A DNA stretch of 64,000 nt, from positions 1,312,001-1,376,000 of the forward strand of contig CBDFGR010000003.1 in assembly GCA_965247115.1 (NCBI GenBank). The letters are read 5' to 3'. Position numbers and translations under genes: made by a program. Shown piece by piece: positions 1 through 10,043 of the stretch (position 1 is its first letter; each line of letters opens with the position of its first letter). This stretch comes from Myxococcota bacterium (lineage in GTDB: Bacteria; Myxococcota_A; UBA9160; SZUA-336). The notes beneath the pieces are model-generated. The model was not told the DNA's origin, did no database searches, and worked only from the letters and a program-made list of their open reading frames with translations.

Positions 1-1336
1 TCACGAGGTACTCGATGATGTCATCGACATCCGGGAGAAACACTGCCTCCCTGCCGAGCTGCTCGAGCTCGCTCGTGATCCGTTCGGGCCGCAGTCGCTC
101 TTCCTCCGGAATCAGCTCCGGCCGAAATACGCCGGCGAGGATTGTCGCATCTGCGCCGCCAAGTGCCTTGCTGAACTCAGCCTCGAAGTAGCGGCGCCGG
201 CTGGTGTTCGTGCGCGGCTCGAAGACCGCCCACAGCTTGCGCTCGGGATAACTGGCCCGAATGGCGGCGATCGTCTCGCGCACCGCCGTGGGGTGGTGCG
301 CGAAGTCGTCGATGACCGCAAAGCCGTTCTCTTCCCCCCGCAGCTCCTGCCGACGACGTACTCCCTGGAACTCCTCCAGCGCCTCGGCGGCTTGCTCCGG
401 ATCCACGCCGAGTGCGTCGCTCACCGCGACGGCTCCGACCGCGTTCTCCACGTTGTGACGGCCGTACATCGGTAGCCGAATTCGCGACATGCGCCGGCTC
501 TCCTTCCAGAGCGTGAAGCTCGTGCCGTCGGAGTCGAAGGCGATGTCGCTCACGCGCCAGAGCGCGGGATCCCGGAATCCGTAGCCCTCTACCCTGGCTC
601 GCGCGCCGTCCAGCACGTCGCGGACGCTCTCTGCATCGCTCGCAGCGATGATGCACCCGTCCTCCGGCACTGCCGCCACGAGCTTTCGGAACTCGGCCTG
701 GATCTGCGAAAGCGACGCGTAGATATCGGCGTGGTCGAACTCGCAGGAGGTGAGGAGCAGCGTACGGGCAGCGTAGTGCAGGAACTTTGGCGTCTTGTCG
801 AAGAACGCCGTGTCGTACTCGTCCCCCTCGATCACGAAGTGCTCGCCCCGACCGAGGCGTATGCTGCCGCCGAGATTCCGCGCGACTCCACCTACCAGGA
901 CGCTCGGGTCCCTCCCCGCATGAGTGAGGATCCAGCCGATCAAGCTCGTCGCGGTGGTCTTGCCGTGCGTGCCCGTCACGACCACGCTGTGCTTTCCGCG
1001 CATGAAGAACAACTGCACCGCGTCGGGGAAGGAGAGGTAGGGAAGGCCGCCGTCGATGGCGGCGCGCGCCTCCGAGTTGTCCTTGCTCACGGTGTTCCCG
1101 ATCACCACCAGGTCCGGAGCCTCGCGCAGCACGTGGTCGGCCACATAGCCCTTTTGCACCTCGATCGCCGCGTCGCGGAGCTGATCGCTCATGGGCGGGT
1201 AGGTGTCGAGATCGCTCCCGGTCACGCGAAAGCCCTGATCCGCGAGCATACAGGCCAGCGAGCCCATCCCCGTGCCTGCGATCGCAATCAGGTGGACGTG
1301 GCGGATCGCCTCCAGTGGCGGCAGCTCAGGCGGCAA
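1..1336 (-). CDS. mpl: UDP-MurNAc:L-Ala-gamma-D-Glu-mDAP ligase (Mpl/MurC family), 3' end runs off window
   Basis: Manual translation from TTG at 1336 (GGAGG upstream) gives IRHVHLIAIAGTGMGSLACMLADQGFRVTGSD..YPPMSDQL, then VTGTHGKTT, IEGDEYDTAFFDK and DDFAHHPTA. Absent from ORF track because it is open at the window edge. Confidence 0.9.
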   Translation of the reverse strand, partial: MPPELPPLEAIRHVHLIAIAGTGMGSLACMLADQGFRVTGSDLDTYPPMSDQLRDAAIEVQKGYVADHVLREAPDLVVIGNTVSKDNSEARAAIDGGLPYLSFPDAVQLFFMRGKHSVVVTGTHGKTTATSLIGWILTHAGRDPSVLVGGVARNLGGSIRLGRGEHFVIEGDEYDTAFFDKTPKFLHYAARTLLLTSCEFDHADIYASLSQIQAEFRKLVAAVPEDGCIIAASDAESVRDVLDGARARVEGYGFRDPALWRVSDIAFDSDGTSFTLWKESRRMSRIRLPMYGRHNVENAVGAVAVSDALGVDPEQAAEALEEFQGVRRRQELRGEENGFAVIDDFAHHPTAVRETIAAIRASYPERKLWAVFEPRTNTSRRRYFEAEFSKALGGADATILAGVFRPELIPEEERLRPERITSELEQLGREAVFLPDVDDIIEYLV

Positions 1337-2501
1337 GGAACGCCTCCCAGATCAGGTCGTGCACATGGGGCCGCAGCTCGAAGCGGCTGCGCTTGGCGAC
1401 GAGATGCACTCGGTTGGACAGCATCACGACCACCCAGCTGCGCGGGAGGTCGATCCACAGGCTCGTGCCCGTGAAGCCTGTGTGCCCGATCGAGCGAGGC
1501 GAGAAGTAGCGTCCTGACGTCGAGCGACCGGGAGTGGGCGTATCCCAGCCGAGCGCCCAGTCGCTGCCCGGAGTGAGCTCCTGCCGACGAGAGAACTCGC
1601 GGGCGACCTGCTGCGAGAAGAGCTGGCTCTCTCCGCGGTCGGCGGCCAGCATCTCGCTGGCAAAGCGGAGCACGTCTTCCGCCGTTCCGAACAGACCCGC
1701 GTGCCCGGCCACTCCGCCCATGGCCCAGGCGTTCGGATCGTGGACCTCTCCCCAGACGACCTTGTCGCGCCAGGCGCAGTCCTCCGTCGCGGCAATCCTC
1801 GCCCGTGCGGCGCGGAACGGAATCGGGTTGAAGCCCGTGTCCGTCATCCCCAGGGGCTCGTAGATGCGTCGCTTGCAGAAAGAGTCGAGCGGCTCCTTGG
1901 CCAGCTCGCTCACGATCTGGCCCAACACGATGAAGCCCAGGTCCCCGTACACGGATGCCTCGCGTGGCTCGTGGACGGGCGCGCTGCGCAGGATGCGATT
2001 CACGATCGAATCGCGGCCCGCTGAGGTAGCGAGCAGCCGATCGCCGAAGCGGCGCTCGCGCTCGCGCAGGTCCGCGTGGTAGGCGCGCCAGGGCCGTAAG
2101 CCCGAGCAGTGCGCCAGGAGGTGGCGCACGCTGATCTTCTCCTTGCCGTGCTCTGCGAAGGCCGGCAACACGTCCATGACGGGCTGGTCCAGCGCGAGCT
2201 TCTGCTCCGCCAGCAAGAGCATCAGCGCTGGTGTGGTCGCCATCACTTTGGTCAGTGAGGCCAGGTCGTAGACCGTATCCGGCTGCACTTCGTGTCGCTC
2301 CGGCGAGAGAACCGCGGCGCCGTGCACTCCTCGGTAGCGGAGCTCCTCGCCGGCGCGAAGTCGGCTCCCTGGCACCTCGGAGCTCGCTGCGCCGAGCAGC
2401 ACGGACTCAATCACGGCGCCCGGGAGCTCTCCCTTCTGGATCGCTCGATCGACGGCGCGGTCGACCTTCGCGAGCTTGTTTCGTACGGCGGCCAGCCTCA
2501 A
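1326..2501 (-). CDS. Serine hydrolase, beta-lactamase class C / AmpC-like family
   Basis: YDLASLTK (SxxK), YGDLGF, GEVHDPNA, GHAGLF and GHTGFTGT motifs. Confidence 0.88.
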   Translation of the reverse strand: MRLAAVRNKLAKVDRAVDRAIQKGELPGAVIESVLLGAASSEVPGSRLRAGEELRYRGVHGAAVLSPERHEVQPDTVYDLASLTKVMATTPALMLLLAEQKLALDQPVMDVLPAFAEHGKEKISVRHLLAHCSGLRPWRAYHADLRERERRFGDRLLATSAGRDSIVNRILRSAPVHEPREASVYGDLGFIVLGQIVSELAKEPLDSFCKRRIYEPLGMTDTGFNPIPFRAARARIAATEDCAWRDKVVWGEVHDPNAWAMGGVAGHAGLFGTAEDVLRFASEMLAADRGESQLFSQQVAREFSRRQELTPGSDWALGWDTPTPGRSTSGRYFSPRSIGHTGFTGTSLWIDLPRSWVVVMLSNRVHLVAKRSRFELRPHVHDLIWEAFLAA

Positions 2502-3436
2502 GCGCCCTCCTCCACGACCGGGCCGAGCAGGGTCAGCGTGCCGAGGTTGCCGTCGAGCTCCGCGGCGATCCCGAACCCGAGCGCGCGATTGTCCGCGACG
2601 TGTCCGATCGGCAGATCCTCGACGATGGGCCCTTCGACCTCGGCCTTCAGGATCTCGGCAACCACGTGTCGTGCCGTAACGTCAGGGTAGCGCTCGGAGG
2701 CGCAGTCCACGAGCCGCCCGATGGCAACGCCACGCGCCGCCCGAAGCTTGCCCGCCTCCCGTAGCTGCACCAGCGTCCGGTCGATCGCGTAGGGCTCCTC
2801 TCCGACCTCCTCGAGGAACAGGATGGCGCCGCGCGTGTCCACCTCCCACGGCGTACCCAGGCTTCCCGCGAGCAACGTCAGGTTTCCGCCGACCAGGCGC
2901 CCCCGACTCCGACCGCCTTTGAGCCGGGAACCCTCGAGCGGGACCAGCCACCCCGCGCCCCCGCGCAGCAGCTCGAGCAGGCGCTCCTGAGCCTCGGGCG
3001 TCGTGTCATTGCGCTCCAGCATGGGACCGTGGACTCCGGCGAGCCGCGCGCAGCGAGCGAGCCAGAGCAAGAGCAACGTGGCGTCGCTAAAGCCCACGAA
3101 GAGCTTCCGCGTGCGGCGGATCTCCCTGGGGTCCAGCCGCGCGAGCAACCTACCCAGTCCGTAGCCTCCCCGTGCCAGGATGATCGCGCGGACCTCCGGC
3201 GCGCGGACCAGCTCGAGCAGGTCCGCAAGCCGCTCCTCGTCGCCACCGGCGAGGAAGCCGGAGCGATCGCGCAGATGTGTCGCGCAGCGCGTCTTGTAGC
3301 CCGCCCGGTCGAGCCAGCTCAGTCCAGCCTCCAGCGCGGTAGCGTTCACGGGACCGGACGGCGCGCAGATGCCGACGGTGGAGCCTGGCGGGAGCGCGAG
3401 CGGCTTCGTGAGCTTGCGCCCGAGCCCGAGCCGCAT
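2498..3436 (-). CDS. ldcA: LD-carboxypeptidase (peptidase S66)
   Basis: ARGGYG, GFSD (catalytic Ser), GGNL, LEEVGE and IGH motifs; next to mpl. Confidence 0.9.
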   Translation of the reverse strand: MRLGLGRKLTKPLALPPGSTVGICAPSGPVNATALEAGLSWLDRAGYKTRCATHLRDRSGFLAGGDEERLADLLELVRAPEVRAIILARGGYGLGRLLARLDPREIRRTRKLFVGFSDATLLLLWLARCARLAGVHGPMLERNDTTPEAQERLLELLRGGAGWLVPLEGSRLKGGRSRGRLVGGNLTLLAGSLGTPWEVDTRGAILFLEEVGEEPYAIDRTLVQLREAGKLRAARGVAIGRLVDCASERYPDVTARHVVAEILKAEVEGPIVEDLPIGHVADNRALGFGIAAELDGNLGTLTLLGPVVEEGA

Positions 3437-4890
3437 CAGAACGGCGGCTCCGTGCTGCCTCCACTGTTCCAGCCCTCCGGCTCTGGCCCCGGATCAAAGC
3501 CCGCTTCGACCGGGGGCGCAGCGTCGAGACCCGCCAGGTTGTGGAAGCGTCCGTAGCGCTTCTCGAACTGGAGCTTGGTCGTGCCGATCGGACCGTTGCG
3601 CTGCTTTGCGATGATCACCTCTGCAATGCCCTGGTCCGGACTATCTTCGTCGTAGAGCTCGTCGCGGTAAATGAACACCACGTTGTCGGCATCCTGCTCG
3701 ATCGCACCAGACTCGCGCAGGTCGGCCAGCTGTGGGCGCTTGTCGGGACGATTCTCCGGACCGCGGTTGAGCTGGGACAGTGCGATCACGGGGACATCGA
3801 GATCCTTGGACAGGAGCTTGAGCGAGCGGCTGATATCTGCCACCTGCTGCTCGCGCCGCTCCTCGTCCCGGCGCCCCTGGATTAGCTGGATGTAGTCGAC
3901 GATGAGCAGGGTCAGGTTCTGCTCTCGGTGCAGCCGCCTGGCGCGAGCAGAGATGTCGCCCACGGTGACGGCCATGCTGTCGTCCAGGTACAGACGTGTG
4001 CTCTCGAGCGTCGTCGCCGCGTGGGTCAGGCGCGTCCAATCCTCGTCGGAGAGCATCCCGTTCGCGAAGCGAACGTTGTCGACCTTGGCCTCTGAAAATA
4101 GGAAGCGCAGCACCAGCTCCCGCTTGGTCATCTCGAGTGAGAAAAAACCGACACAGCCGTTCTGGTTCACGGCATGGTTGCGCGCCACATTGAGAGCCAG
4201 AGCGGTCTTCCCCACGCTGGGGCGGGCGGCCAGGACCAACAGCTCGCCACCGTGTAGGCCGCCGGTCCTGCGATCGAAGTCCTCGAAGCCCGTGCGCACG
4301 CCGACCACCTCACCAGCCTGGACTCGCTCGATGTGGTCGAACGTGCTCTGCATCTCGTCGCGCATCGACGTGAACTGGTTCTGCGCGTGACCGATTGCGA
4401 TCTGCAAGATCTCGCGCTCGGCGTGCTCGAGCAGCTCGTCGACCGTCTCGCGCCCGGAGTAGCCGCGCGACGAGACCTCCTCGCAGCTGCGGATCAGCGC
4501 GCGGGCCAGCGATTTCTCGCGCAGGATGGTGGCGTGATGCTCGATGTGCGCGGCCGTGGGAACGGCATCGGCCACTCGGCTCAGGAACGCCACACCACCG
4601 ATCTGATCGAGCTGGCCCTGCTCCTCGAGGTAGCTCCGCAGAGTGATCAGGGTTGCCGCCTGCTGCTTCGCGGCCAGCTCGACACAGGCCTCGTACAGTA
4701 TGCGGTGCCTCGGCAGATCGAAGGCTTGGGGGCTCAGCTTGTCCTCGACCTTGAAGTAGGAGTCGTGGTCGAGGATGAGCGCGCCTAGCACCGCACGCTC
4801 GGCCTCGTGATCGGAAGGGATCGCCCGGAGGCTCTCCTGCCGCCGCGCTCCGCCCCTAGCTCTGCTGCTGACTTCCGTCTCGGTCGCCAA
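3436..4890 (-). CDS. dnaB: Replicative DNA helicase
   Basis: AARPSVGKT, FSLEM, VDYIQL, LSQLNR, LRESGAIEQDAD and KQRNGP motifs. Confidence 0.98.
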   Translation of the reverse strand: MATETEVSSRARGGARRQESLRAIPSDHEAERAVLGALILDHDSYFKVEDKLSPQAFDLPRHRILYEACVELAAKQQAATLITLRSYLEEQGQLDQIGGVAFLSRVADAVPTAAHIEHHATILREKSLARALIRSCEEVSSRGYSGRETVDELLEHAEREILQIAIGHAQNQFTSMRDEMQSTFDHIERVQAGEVVGVRTGFEDFDRRTGGLHGGELLVLAARPSVGKTALALNVARNHAVNQNGCVGFFSLEMTKRELVLRFLFSEAKVDNVRFANGMLSDEDWTRLTHAATTLESTRLYLDDSMAVTVGDISARARRLHREQNLTLLIVDYIQLIQGRRDEERREQQVADISRSLKLLSKDLDVPVIALSQLNRGPENRPDKRPQLADLRESGAIEQDADNVVFIYRDELYDEDSPDQGIAEVIIAKQRNGPIGTTKLQFEKRYGRFHNLAGLDAAPPVEAGFDPGPEPEGWNSGGSTEPPF

Positions 4891-4926
4891 ACCTCTCCCC
4901 CACGGAAGCCACAGTGTACACCGTGA

Positions 4927-5469
4927 CTACTCGTCGAAGGAGGCTTCCTCGTCGGAAACTTCGGCGGAATCCTCGGTCTCCGCCTCGGACTCCAGCTCCT
5001 CTGGCTCGGGGCTCCCCGCCGAGACGACCTTGACCTGGAGCTCGGCGATCACCTCGCGGTGGAGCCGCACCGAGGCGCTGTGGTCTCCCGCCTGCTTGAT
5101 CGCCTCTGCCAGCTCGATCTTCCTGCGGTCGATCTCGAAGCCCCCCTCGGCCAGGCGCGCGGCGATATCGGCGTTGGTCACCGATCCAAAGAGCTTGCCC
5201 TCGGGGCTCGCCTGCATCTCGAAGGTGAGATCGACGCCGGCCAGCCCGCGGGCGATCTCCTCCTGGACAGCGACGTCCTTGCGTTGCTTCTCGTCGACGA
5301 CCCGGCGCTGATGCTCCAAGCGCTTGACGCGCCCGGGGGTCGCAAGCATCGCCTTGCCCTGCGGCAGCAGGAAGTTCCGCCCGAAGCCGGGGCGAACCTT
5401 CACCACCTCGCCGGCCAGACCCAGCTTGGGGATGTCCTCGGTGAGAACGACTTGCATCGATCCGGCCAC
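4927..5469 (-). CDS. rplI: 50S ribosomal protein L9 with acidic tail
   Basis: LGLAGEVVKVRPGFGRNFLLPQG and GKLFGSVT motifs. Confidence 0.97.
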   Translation of the reverse strand: MAGSMQVVLTEDIPKLGLAGEVVKVRPGFGRNFLLPQGKAMLATPGRVKRLEHQRRVVDEKQRKDVAVQEEIARGLAGVDLTFEMQASPEGKLFGSVTNADIAARLAEGGFEIDRRKIELAEAIKQAGDHSASVRLHREVIAELQVKVVSAGSPEPEELESEAETEDSAEVSDEEASFDE

Positions 5470-5479
5470 CGCGTGCCTC

Positions 5480-5755
5480 CTACTGATGAGCCGTGGTGAA
5501 CGGGATCAAAGCGATGTGGCGGGCGCGCTTGATCTCCACGGTGAGCTTGCGCTGGTGCTTCGCACAGTTCCCGCTGATCCGCCGAGGAATGATCTTGCAG
5601 CGCTCTGTAAGAAAGATGCGCAGCGTCTTCGCGTCCTTGTAGTCGAGCTCCAAGGTGGAGTCCGCACAGAAGCGGCACATCTTGTTCCGGCTGAACATGC
5701 GTCGGGCACCGCGGCGCTTCTTACGGGTCGGCCTCTTGGCAACGATCTCGACCAT
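5480..5755 (-). CDS. rpsR: 30S ribosomal protein S18 (Zn-ribbon C+ type)
   Basis: CRFC...DYKD...[16 protein letters not shown]. Confidence 0.97.
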   Translation of the reverse strand: MVEIVAKRPTRKKRRGARRMFSRNKMCRFCADSTLELDYKDAKTLRIFLTERCKIIPRRISGNCAKHQRKLTVEIKRARHIALIPFTTAHQ

Positions 5756-5764
5756 GCTGGCCTC

Positions 5765-6475
5765 CTACTCCTCGGGCTTGCTGGCCTCGGGAACCTCGGG
5801 CTTGCTGGCCTCGGGAACCTCGGGCTTGCTGGGCTCGGGAACCTCGGACTCGCTGGGCTCGGGAACCTCGGGCTTGCTGGCCTCGGGAACCTCGGACTTG
5901 CTGGCCTCGGGAACCTCGGACTCGCTGGCTTTGGCGACCTCCGGCTCCTCCGCTGCGATCGGAGCGGCGCTGGGCGGCGGCTCGTCTCCAGACGAGTCGG
6001 CTTTCGTGGGACCGTCCGCATCATCGGACGCTTTGCGCAGGTGCTCGCTCTCGGTCTGCATGCGCGCGCGCTCCTGCTCCCGTTCCAGCTCGCGCTCCGC
6101 CTCGATGCGGGCACGCTCCTCGCGCCGACGCGCCTGCTCCTCGGCCTGCTCGGTCGCTTCCTTGACCCGACCCTCTACGTCTTTGACGTTGTCGGTGACT
6201 TGGATGCTGAGGAAGCGCAGCACGTCCTGATCTAGCCGAAGCGAGCGTTCGAGCTCGCTCACCTCACTCCCGTTGCCCAGGAAGTTGAGCTGGAAGTAGT
6301 GGCCCTTCTGGAAGCTCTTGATCTCGTAGGCGAGCTTTCGCTTGCCCCAATCATCCCGCAGGAGAACCCGGGAGTCTGCGGCCTCGATCGCGCCGTCTGC
6401 CCGGGCGTGAATCTCCTGCTCTCGCTCGGGCGTGGCATCCGGCTGAATGACGTAGACGAGCTCGTACTCTCGCAC
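5765..6475 (-). CDS. rpsF: 30S ribosomal protein S6 with long charged and repetitive C-terminal extension
   Basis: [32 protein letters not shown] in the first ~95 aa. Confidence 0.96.
   Translation of the reverse strand: MREYELVYVIQPDATPEREQEIHARADGAIEAADSRVLLRDDWGKRKLAYEIKSFQKGHYFQLNFLGNGSEVSELERSLRLDQDVLRFLSIQVTDNVKDVEGRVKEATEQAEEQARRREERARIEAERELEREQERARMQTESEHLRKASDDADGPTKADSSGDEPPPSAAPIAAEEPEVAKASESEVPEASKSEVPEASKPEVPEPSESEVPEPSKPEVPEASKPEVPEASKPEE
5771..5930 (-). repeat. 24-bp tandem repeat (about 6.5 copies) encoding EVPE(A/P)S(K/E)(P/S) in the S6 tail
   Basis: Repeated ctcgggcttgctggcctcgggaac units with few substitutions. Confidence 0.93.
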
Positions 6476-6479
6476 TCCT

Positions 6480-6570
6480 GTTGTTCCTCCTGGTCAATTG
6501 GGCCCCAGCATCCGGGACCGAGGACGCAGCGCCATTGCGAAGCGCAGCCTAGGGAGACGCAGTCTAGCAG
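6480..6570 (-). promoter_or_regulatory. Probable S6:S18 autoregulatory leader with upstream -10 (TAGACT)
   Basis: Minus strand reads CCTCGGTCCCGGATGCTGGGGCCCAATTGACCAGGAGG. The hairpin can sequester the SD and has a CC(R) internal motif, directly upstream of rpsF. Confidence 0.5.
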
Positions 6571-6590
6571 CTCCTGTGGGACCCGGCCGG

Positions 6591-6686
6591 TCTTGTGGGA
6601 CCGGCCCGCGGGCGGCCGCGGGCCACCCACCTCCGCTCAGCCCTTCGGGCTTCGCTGCGCGCGCCGCTTGCGCGGCGCTTGCAGGG
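6591..6686 (+). repeat. Interspersed palindromic repeat family A, copy 1 (a partial 5' duplicate precedes it at ~6574-6588)
   Basis: TCTTGTGGGACC..GCGGGCGGCCGCGG..CCACCCACCTCCGCTC..TTCGCTGCGCGCGCCGC..GCGCGGCGCTTGCA, shared with 13241, 17564, 17724 and 49829. Confidence 0.88.
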
Positions 6687-6712
6687 CGCCGACCCCAGAA
6701 CCTGGGTCTTAT

Positions 6713-8758
6713 CTACGCGATCAGGGGGGCGATCACTACGCTGACGACGGCCATGAGCTTGATCAGGATGTTGAGGGACGGGCCGGCCGTGTCCTTGAAC
6801 GGATCGCCGACCGTGTCGCCGACCACCGCCGCCTTGTGGGCGTCGGTGCCCTTTCCGCCATGCGCGCCCCCCTCGATGGTCTTCTTGGCGTTGTCCCAGG
6901 CCCCGCCGGCATTCGCCATGAAGAGCGCCATCAGGACGCCCGTGACCGTGACTCCAGCCAGCACACCGCCGAGCGCCTGCTTGCCGATCAGGAAGCCGAC
7001 CAGGACCGGCACACTGACGGCCAGCAGTCCTGGCGCCAGCATGCGACGGATCGAGGCCGCGGTAGAGATCGCAACACAGTTTGCGTACTCCGCCTTGGCA
7101 GTCCCCTCGAGCAGACCCGGGATCTCGCGGAACTGGCGCCGCACCTCCTCGATCATCTCGCCTGCTGCGACTCCGACCGCCTTCATTGCAAGGGAGCTGA
7201 AGACGAAGGGCACCATGCCCCCCACGAACACGCCCGCCATCACGATCGGGTTCAACAGATCGAGGGACTCCAGGTTGGATTGGGTCCGGAAGGCGCTGAA
7301 CAGCGCCAGCGCCGTGAGTGCCGCAGAGCCGATCGCGAAGCCCTTGCCGATGGCCGCCGTCGTGTTCCCGACGGAATCGAGCAGGTCTGTGCGTTCGCGA
7401 ACCTCCGGCCCCGTCCCACTCATCTCCGCGATCCCGCCGGCGTTGTCCGCAATCGGGCCGTAGGCATCGACGGCGAGCTGGATCCCCACCGTGCAGAGCA
7501 TGCCCAGTCCACCCATGGCGATGCCGTAGAGGCCGCACAGGCTGTGTGCGCCTACCATGGCCAGCGCGATCACCAGGACCGGAATCACCGTCGATCGCAT
7601 CCCGACGGCGAGGCCCGAGATGATGTTCGTTGCCTCTCCCGTGAGGGAGGCAGCGGCGATCTCGTTCACCGCGGCGGTATCCGTCGCGGTGTAGTGCTCC
7701 GTGGCAAGCGCGATAACCACGCCGCCAACCAGACCCAGCACCATGGCGCCGAGGATGTTCCAGACCGGTCCGTCTCCCACGACCTGGACGATGGTGACGT
7801 AGGCCACGGGGATCATCACGGCCACCGAGCCGAACACACCCAGGTTCAGGGCGGTCTGCGGGTTCCCTCCTTCCGACGTCCGCACGAAGAAGGTCGACAC
7901 GATCGAGACGACAATCCCCACGCCGGCCAGTGCGAGCGGCAGGATCACGAAGTTGACCTGGCCCTCCGTCGCGACGTCGATCGAGATCGCGTAGGGGACG
8001 CCCAGAATCATGGCCCCGATGATGGCGCCAACGTAGGACTCGAACAGATCGGCGCCCATGCCGGCCACGTCACCCACGTTGTCGCCGACGCAGTCCGCGA
8101 TCGCTGCGGGGTTGCGTGGGTCGTCCTCCGGAAGTCCCGCCTCGACCTTGCCCACCAGGTCCGCACCGACGTCGGCGGCCTTGGTGTAAATCCCGCCCCC
8201 CACACGCGCGAACAGCGCGATAGAGCTGGCTCCGAGGCTGAAGCCCGACATCAGGGTGAGCACCTGACCGGTCACATCGCTAACGCCCCAGCCGTGGAGG
8301 CGCGTGTACAGCAGCAGCAGCGCGGAGAGCCCGAGAACGCCGAGCCCCACGACGCTCATCCCCATGACCACGCCGCCGCTGAAGGCGACCCTGAGGCCAT
8401 CGCTGAGCGAGTTCCGCGCCGCCGCAGTGGTCCGCACGTTCGCCAGCGTGGCCACGCGCATGCCGAAGTACCCGGCAAGCCCGGAGCAGACCGCCCCCAC
8501 GACGAACGACAGGGCGATCAGCTGCGTGCCTCGAGTCCAGTAGCCGCCGACGAGCAGCACGGCCACCGAGAGGATGAAGATCGAGAGCACCCGGTACTGC
8601 TTGCCCAGAAATGCCATGGCGCCTTCCTGGATGTAGCCGGCGATCTCGGCCATTCGATCCGTGCCGACCTCCGCTCGCGCGACCGAGCGCGCCTTTATCC
8701 ACGCGAAGATCAGGGCGAGAACTCCCGCCCCGGCCGCCGCCACCACCAAGCTACTCAC
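6713..8758 (-). CDS. hppA: Membrane-bound ion-translocating pyrophosphatase (K+-dependent signature, likely Na+-pumping)
   Basis: [45 protein letters not shown] (Ala is the K+-dependent signature) and [10 protein letters not shown]. Confidence 0.96.
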   Translation of the reverse strand: MSSLVVAAAGAGVLALIFAWIKARSVARAEVGTDRMAEIAGYIQEGAMAFLGKQYRVLSIFILSVAVLLVGGYWTRGTQLIALSFVVGAVCSGLAGYFGMRVATLANVRTTAAARNSLSDGLRVAFSGGVVMGMSVVGLGVLGLSALLLLYTRLHGWGVSDVTGQVLTLMSGFSLGASSIALFARVGGGIYTKAADVGADLVGKVEAGLPEDDPRNPAAIADCVGDNVGDVAGMGADLFESYVGAIIGAMILGVPYAISIDVATEGQVNFVILPLALAGVGIVVSIVSTFFVRTSEGGNPQTALNLGVFGSVAVMIPVAYVTIVQVVGDGPVWNILGAMVLGLVGGVVIALATEHYTATDTAAVNEIAAASLTGEATNIISGLAVGMRSTVIPVLVIALAMVGAHSLCGLYGIAMGGLGMLCTVGIQLAVDAYGPIADNAGGIAEMSGTGPEVRERTDLLDSVGNTTAAIGKGFAIGSAALTALALFSAFRTQSNLESLDLLNPIVMAGVFVGGMVPFVFSSLAMKAVGVAAGEMIEEVRRQFREIPGLLEGTAKAEYANCVAISTAASIRRMLAPGLLAVSVPVLVGFLIGKQALGGVLAGVTVTGVLMALFMANAGGAWDNAKKTIEGGAHGGKGTDAHKAAVVGDTVGDPFKDTAGPSLNILIKLMAVVSVVIAPLIA

Positions 8759-9344
8759 GTGTTGCTTCCCCTTCCTGTCCGGGTGCAGGTAGCGCGTTGT
8801 AGCGGTTCATGGCCACCTCGAAGCCTTCCTGCACGATGATCTCCAGGGCCTGAGCGGCCAGCTCGAGCGTCTCCGAGAACTTCTTTCGCTCTACCCTACG
8901 CGCTTTCGAGAGCAGATGGCCGCCCCTTCCGCTCGGCGGGCGGCCGACGCCTACTCGCAGGCGCGCGAAGTCCTGGGTGCCCAGCCTCTCGATCACCGAG
9001 CGGACTCCGTTGTGGCCACCGTGCCCGCCCGCCTTGCGCAGCCGGAGCTTGCCCAGCGGCAGGTCCATGTCGTCCCAGACGAGTACGATCTCCTCCACCT
9101 CCACGGGCAGGTAGCGCACCGCCTCTGCCACCGCTTCGCCGGAGAGATTCATGTAGGTCTGCGGCTCCAGCACCGCGACGTCCGCGTCCCCGACCCTGCC
9201 TCTTCGGAAGCGACTCTGAAACTTACGAGTGTCGTTGCCGAGCCGGTTGCGCGCCGCGAACCGTTCGCACGCCAGAGCCCCCGCGTTGTGGAGGGTGTCC
9301 CTGTATCTCCTCCCGGGATTCCCGAGCCCGACGAACAGGTGCAT
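8751..9344 (-). CDS. pth: Peptidyl-tRNA hydrolase
   Basis: [28 protein letters not shown] and RLRVGVGRP motifs. Confidence 0.97.
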   Translation of the reverse strand: MHLFVGLGNPGRRYRDTLHNAGALACERFAARNRLGNDTRKFQSRFRRGRVGDADVAVLEPQTYMNLSGEAVAEAVRYLPVEVEEIVLVWDDMDLPLGKLRLRKAGGHGGHNGVRSVIERLGTQDFARLRVGVGRPPSGRGGHLLSKARRVERKKFSETLELAAQALEIIVQEGFEVAMNRYNALPAPGQEGEATRE

Positions 9345-9359
9345 CCGTCTCGAGCGGGA

Positions 9360-10025
9360 CTACGCTTCGCTGCCGTCCTTGGCGGCAGGCGGAGGCGGAG
9401 TCTCGCCCTCCGGCGTACCCTCGGCGACCTCGGGCGTCTCCTCTTCCTCCTCCTTCACTTCCTCCTCGACCCGCGGCGTCACCACGTGCACGATGGGGGC
9501 GTCCGGGTCGGTGGAGCCCTCTACACCCTCCGGGAACGTCACGTCGCGAACGTAGATGGAGTCGCCGATCGCCAGCTCACTCACGTCGATCTCAAACGAC
9601 TCGGGAATAGCCAACGGCATGCAGCTCACCTGGAGCTGGCGCGTCAGGGTCTCGAGTACACCGCCTTGCTCGACGACCCCCCTGGCTCGGCCGACGTAGT
9701 GGATGGGAACGTCGATCGTGAGCTTCTCCTTCAGGTCGACCGCGAACAGATCGCAGTGCAGGAGCTTGCGCGTCGCGGGATTGCGTTGAAGGTCTTTGAT
9801 CAGGACGGGCTTGTTCTTGACCTGCTTCGGGCCCTCGAGGTCTATCAGCGCGTTCGCTCCGCCGTGGATGGCGCGCTCCAGTAGCAACGCCTTTATCTGC
9901 AGGGCAACGGACTCCATGCCGTGGCCATAGAACACCGCCGGAATGACTCCTGCGGCCCGCAGCTTGCGCGCTGTTCCCTTACCCGTCGCCTCGCGCAGGC
10001 TGACCTCGAGTTTGAGTCTCTCCAT
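9360..10025 (-). CDS. rplY: 50S ribosomal protein L25/Ctc
   Basis: GKGTARKLRAAGVIPAVFYG and HCDL motifs; prs-rplY-pth synteny. Confidence 0.96.
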   Translation of the reverse strand: MERLKLEVSLREATGKGTARKLRAAGVIPAVFYGHGMESVALQIKALLLERAIHGGANALIDLEGPKQVKNKPVLIKDLQRNPATRKLLHCDLFAVDLKEKLTIDVPIHYVGRARGVVEQGGVLETLTRQLQVSCMPLAIPESFEIDVSELAIGDSIYVRDVTFPEGVEGSTDPDAPIVHVVTPRVEEEVKEEEEETPEVAEGTPEGETPPPPAAKDGSEA

Positions 10026-10043
10026 CTCGCTTCCCCCGCCGGC

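Noticed and set aside
5771..5930. Tandem repeats here and at 23386-23504 as a possible CRISPR array
   Set aside because: No unique spacers, unit lengths are multiples of 3, they lie inside CDSs, and there are no cas genes.
6299..8839. 846-aa plus-strand ORF, and many similar long antisense ORFs across the window
   Set aside because: Shadow frames of genuine high-GC genes (here hppA); R/H/G-rich with no motifs.
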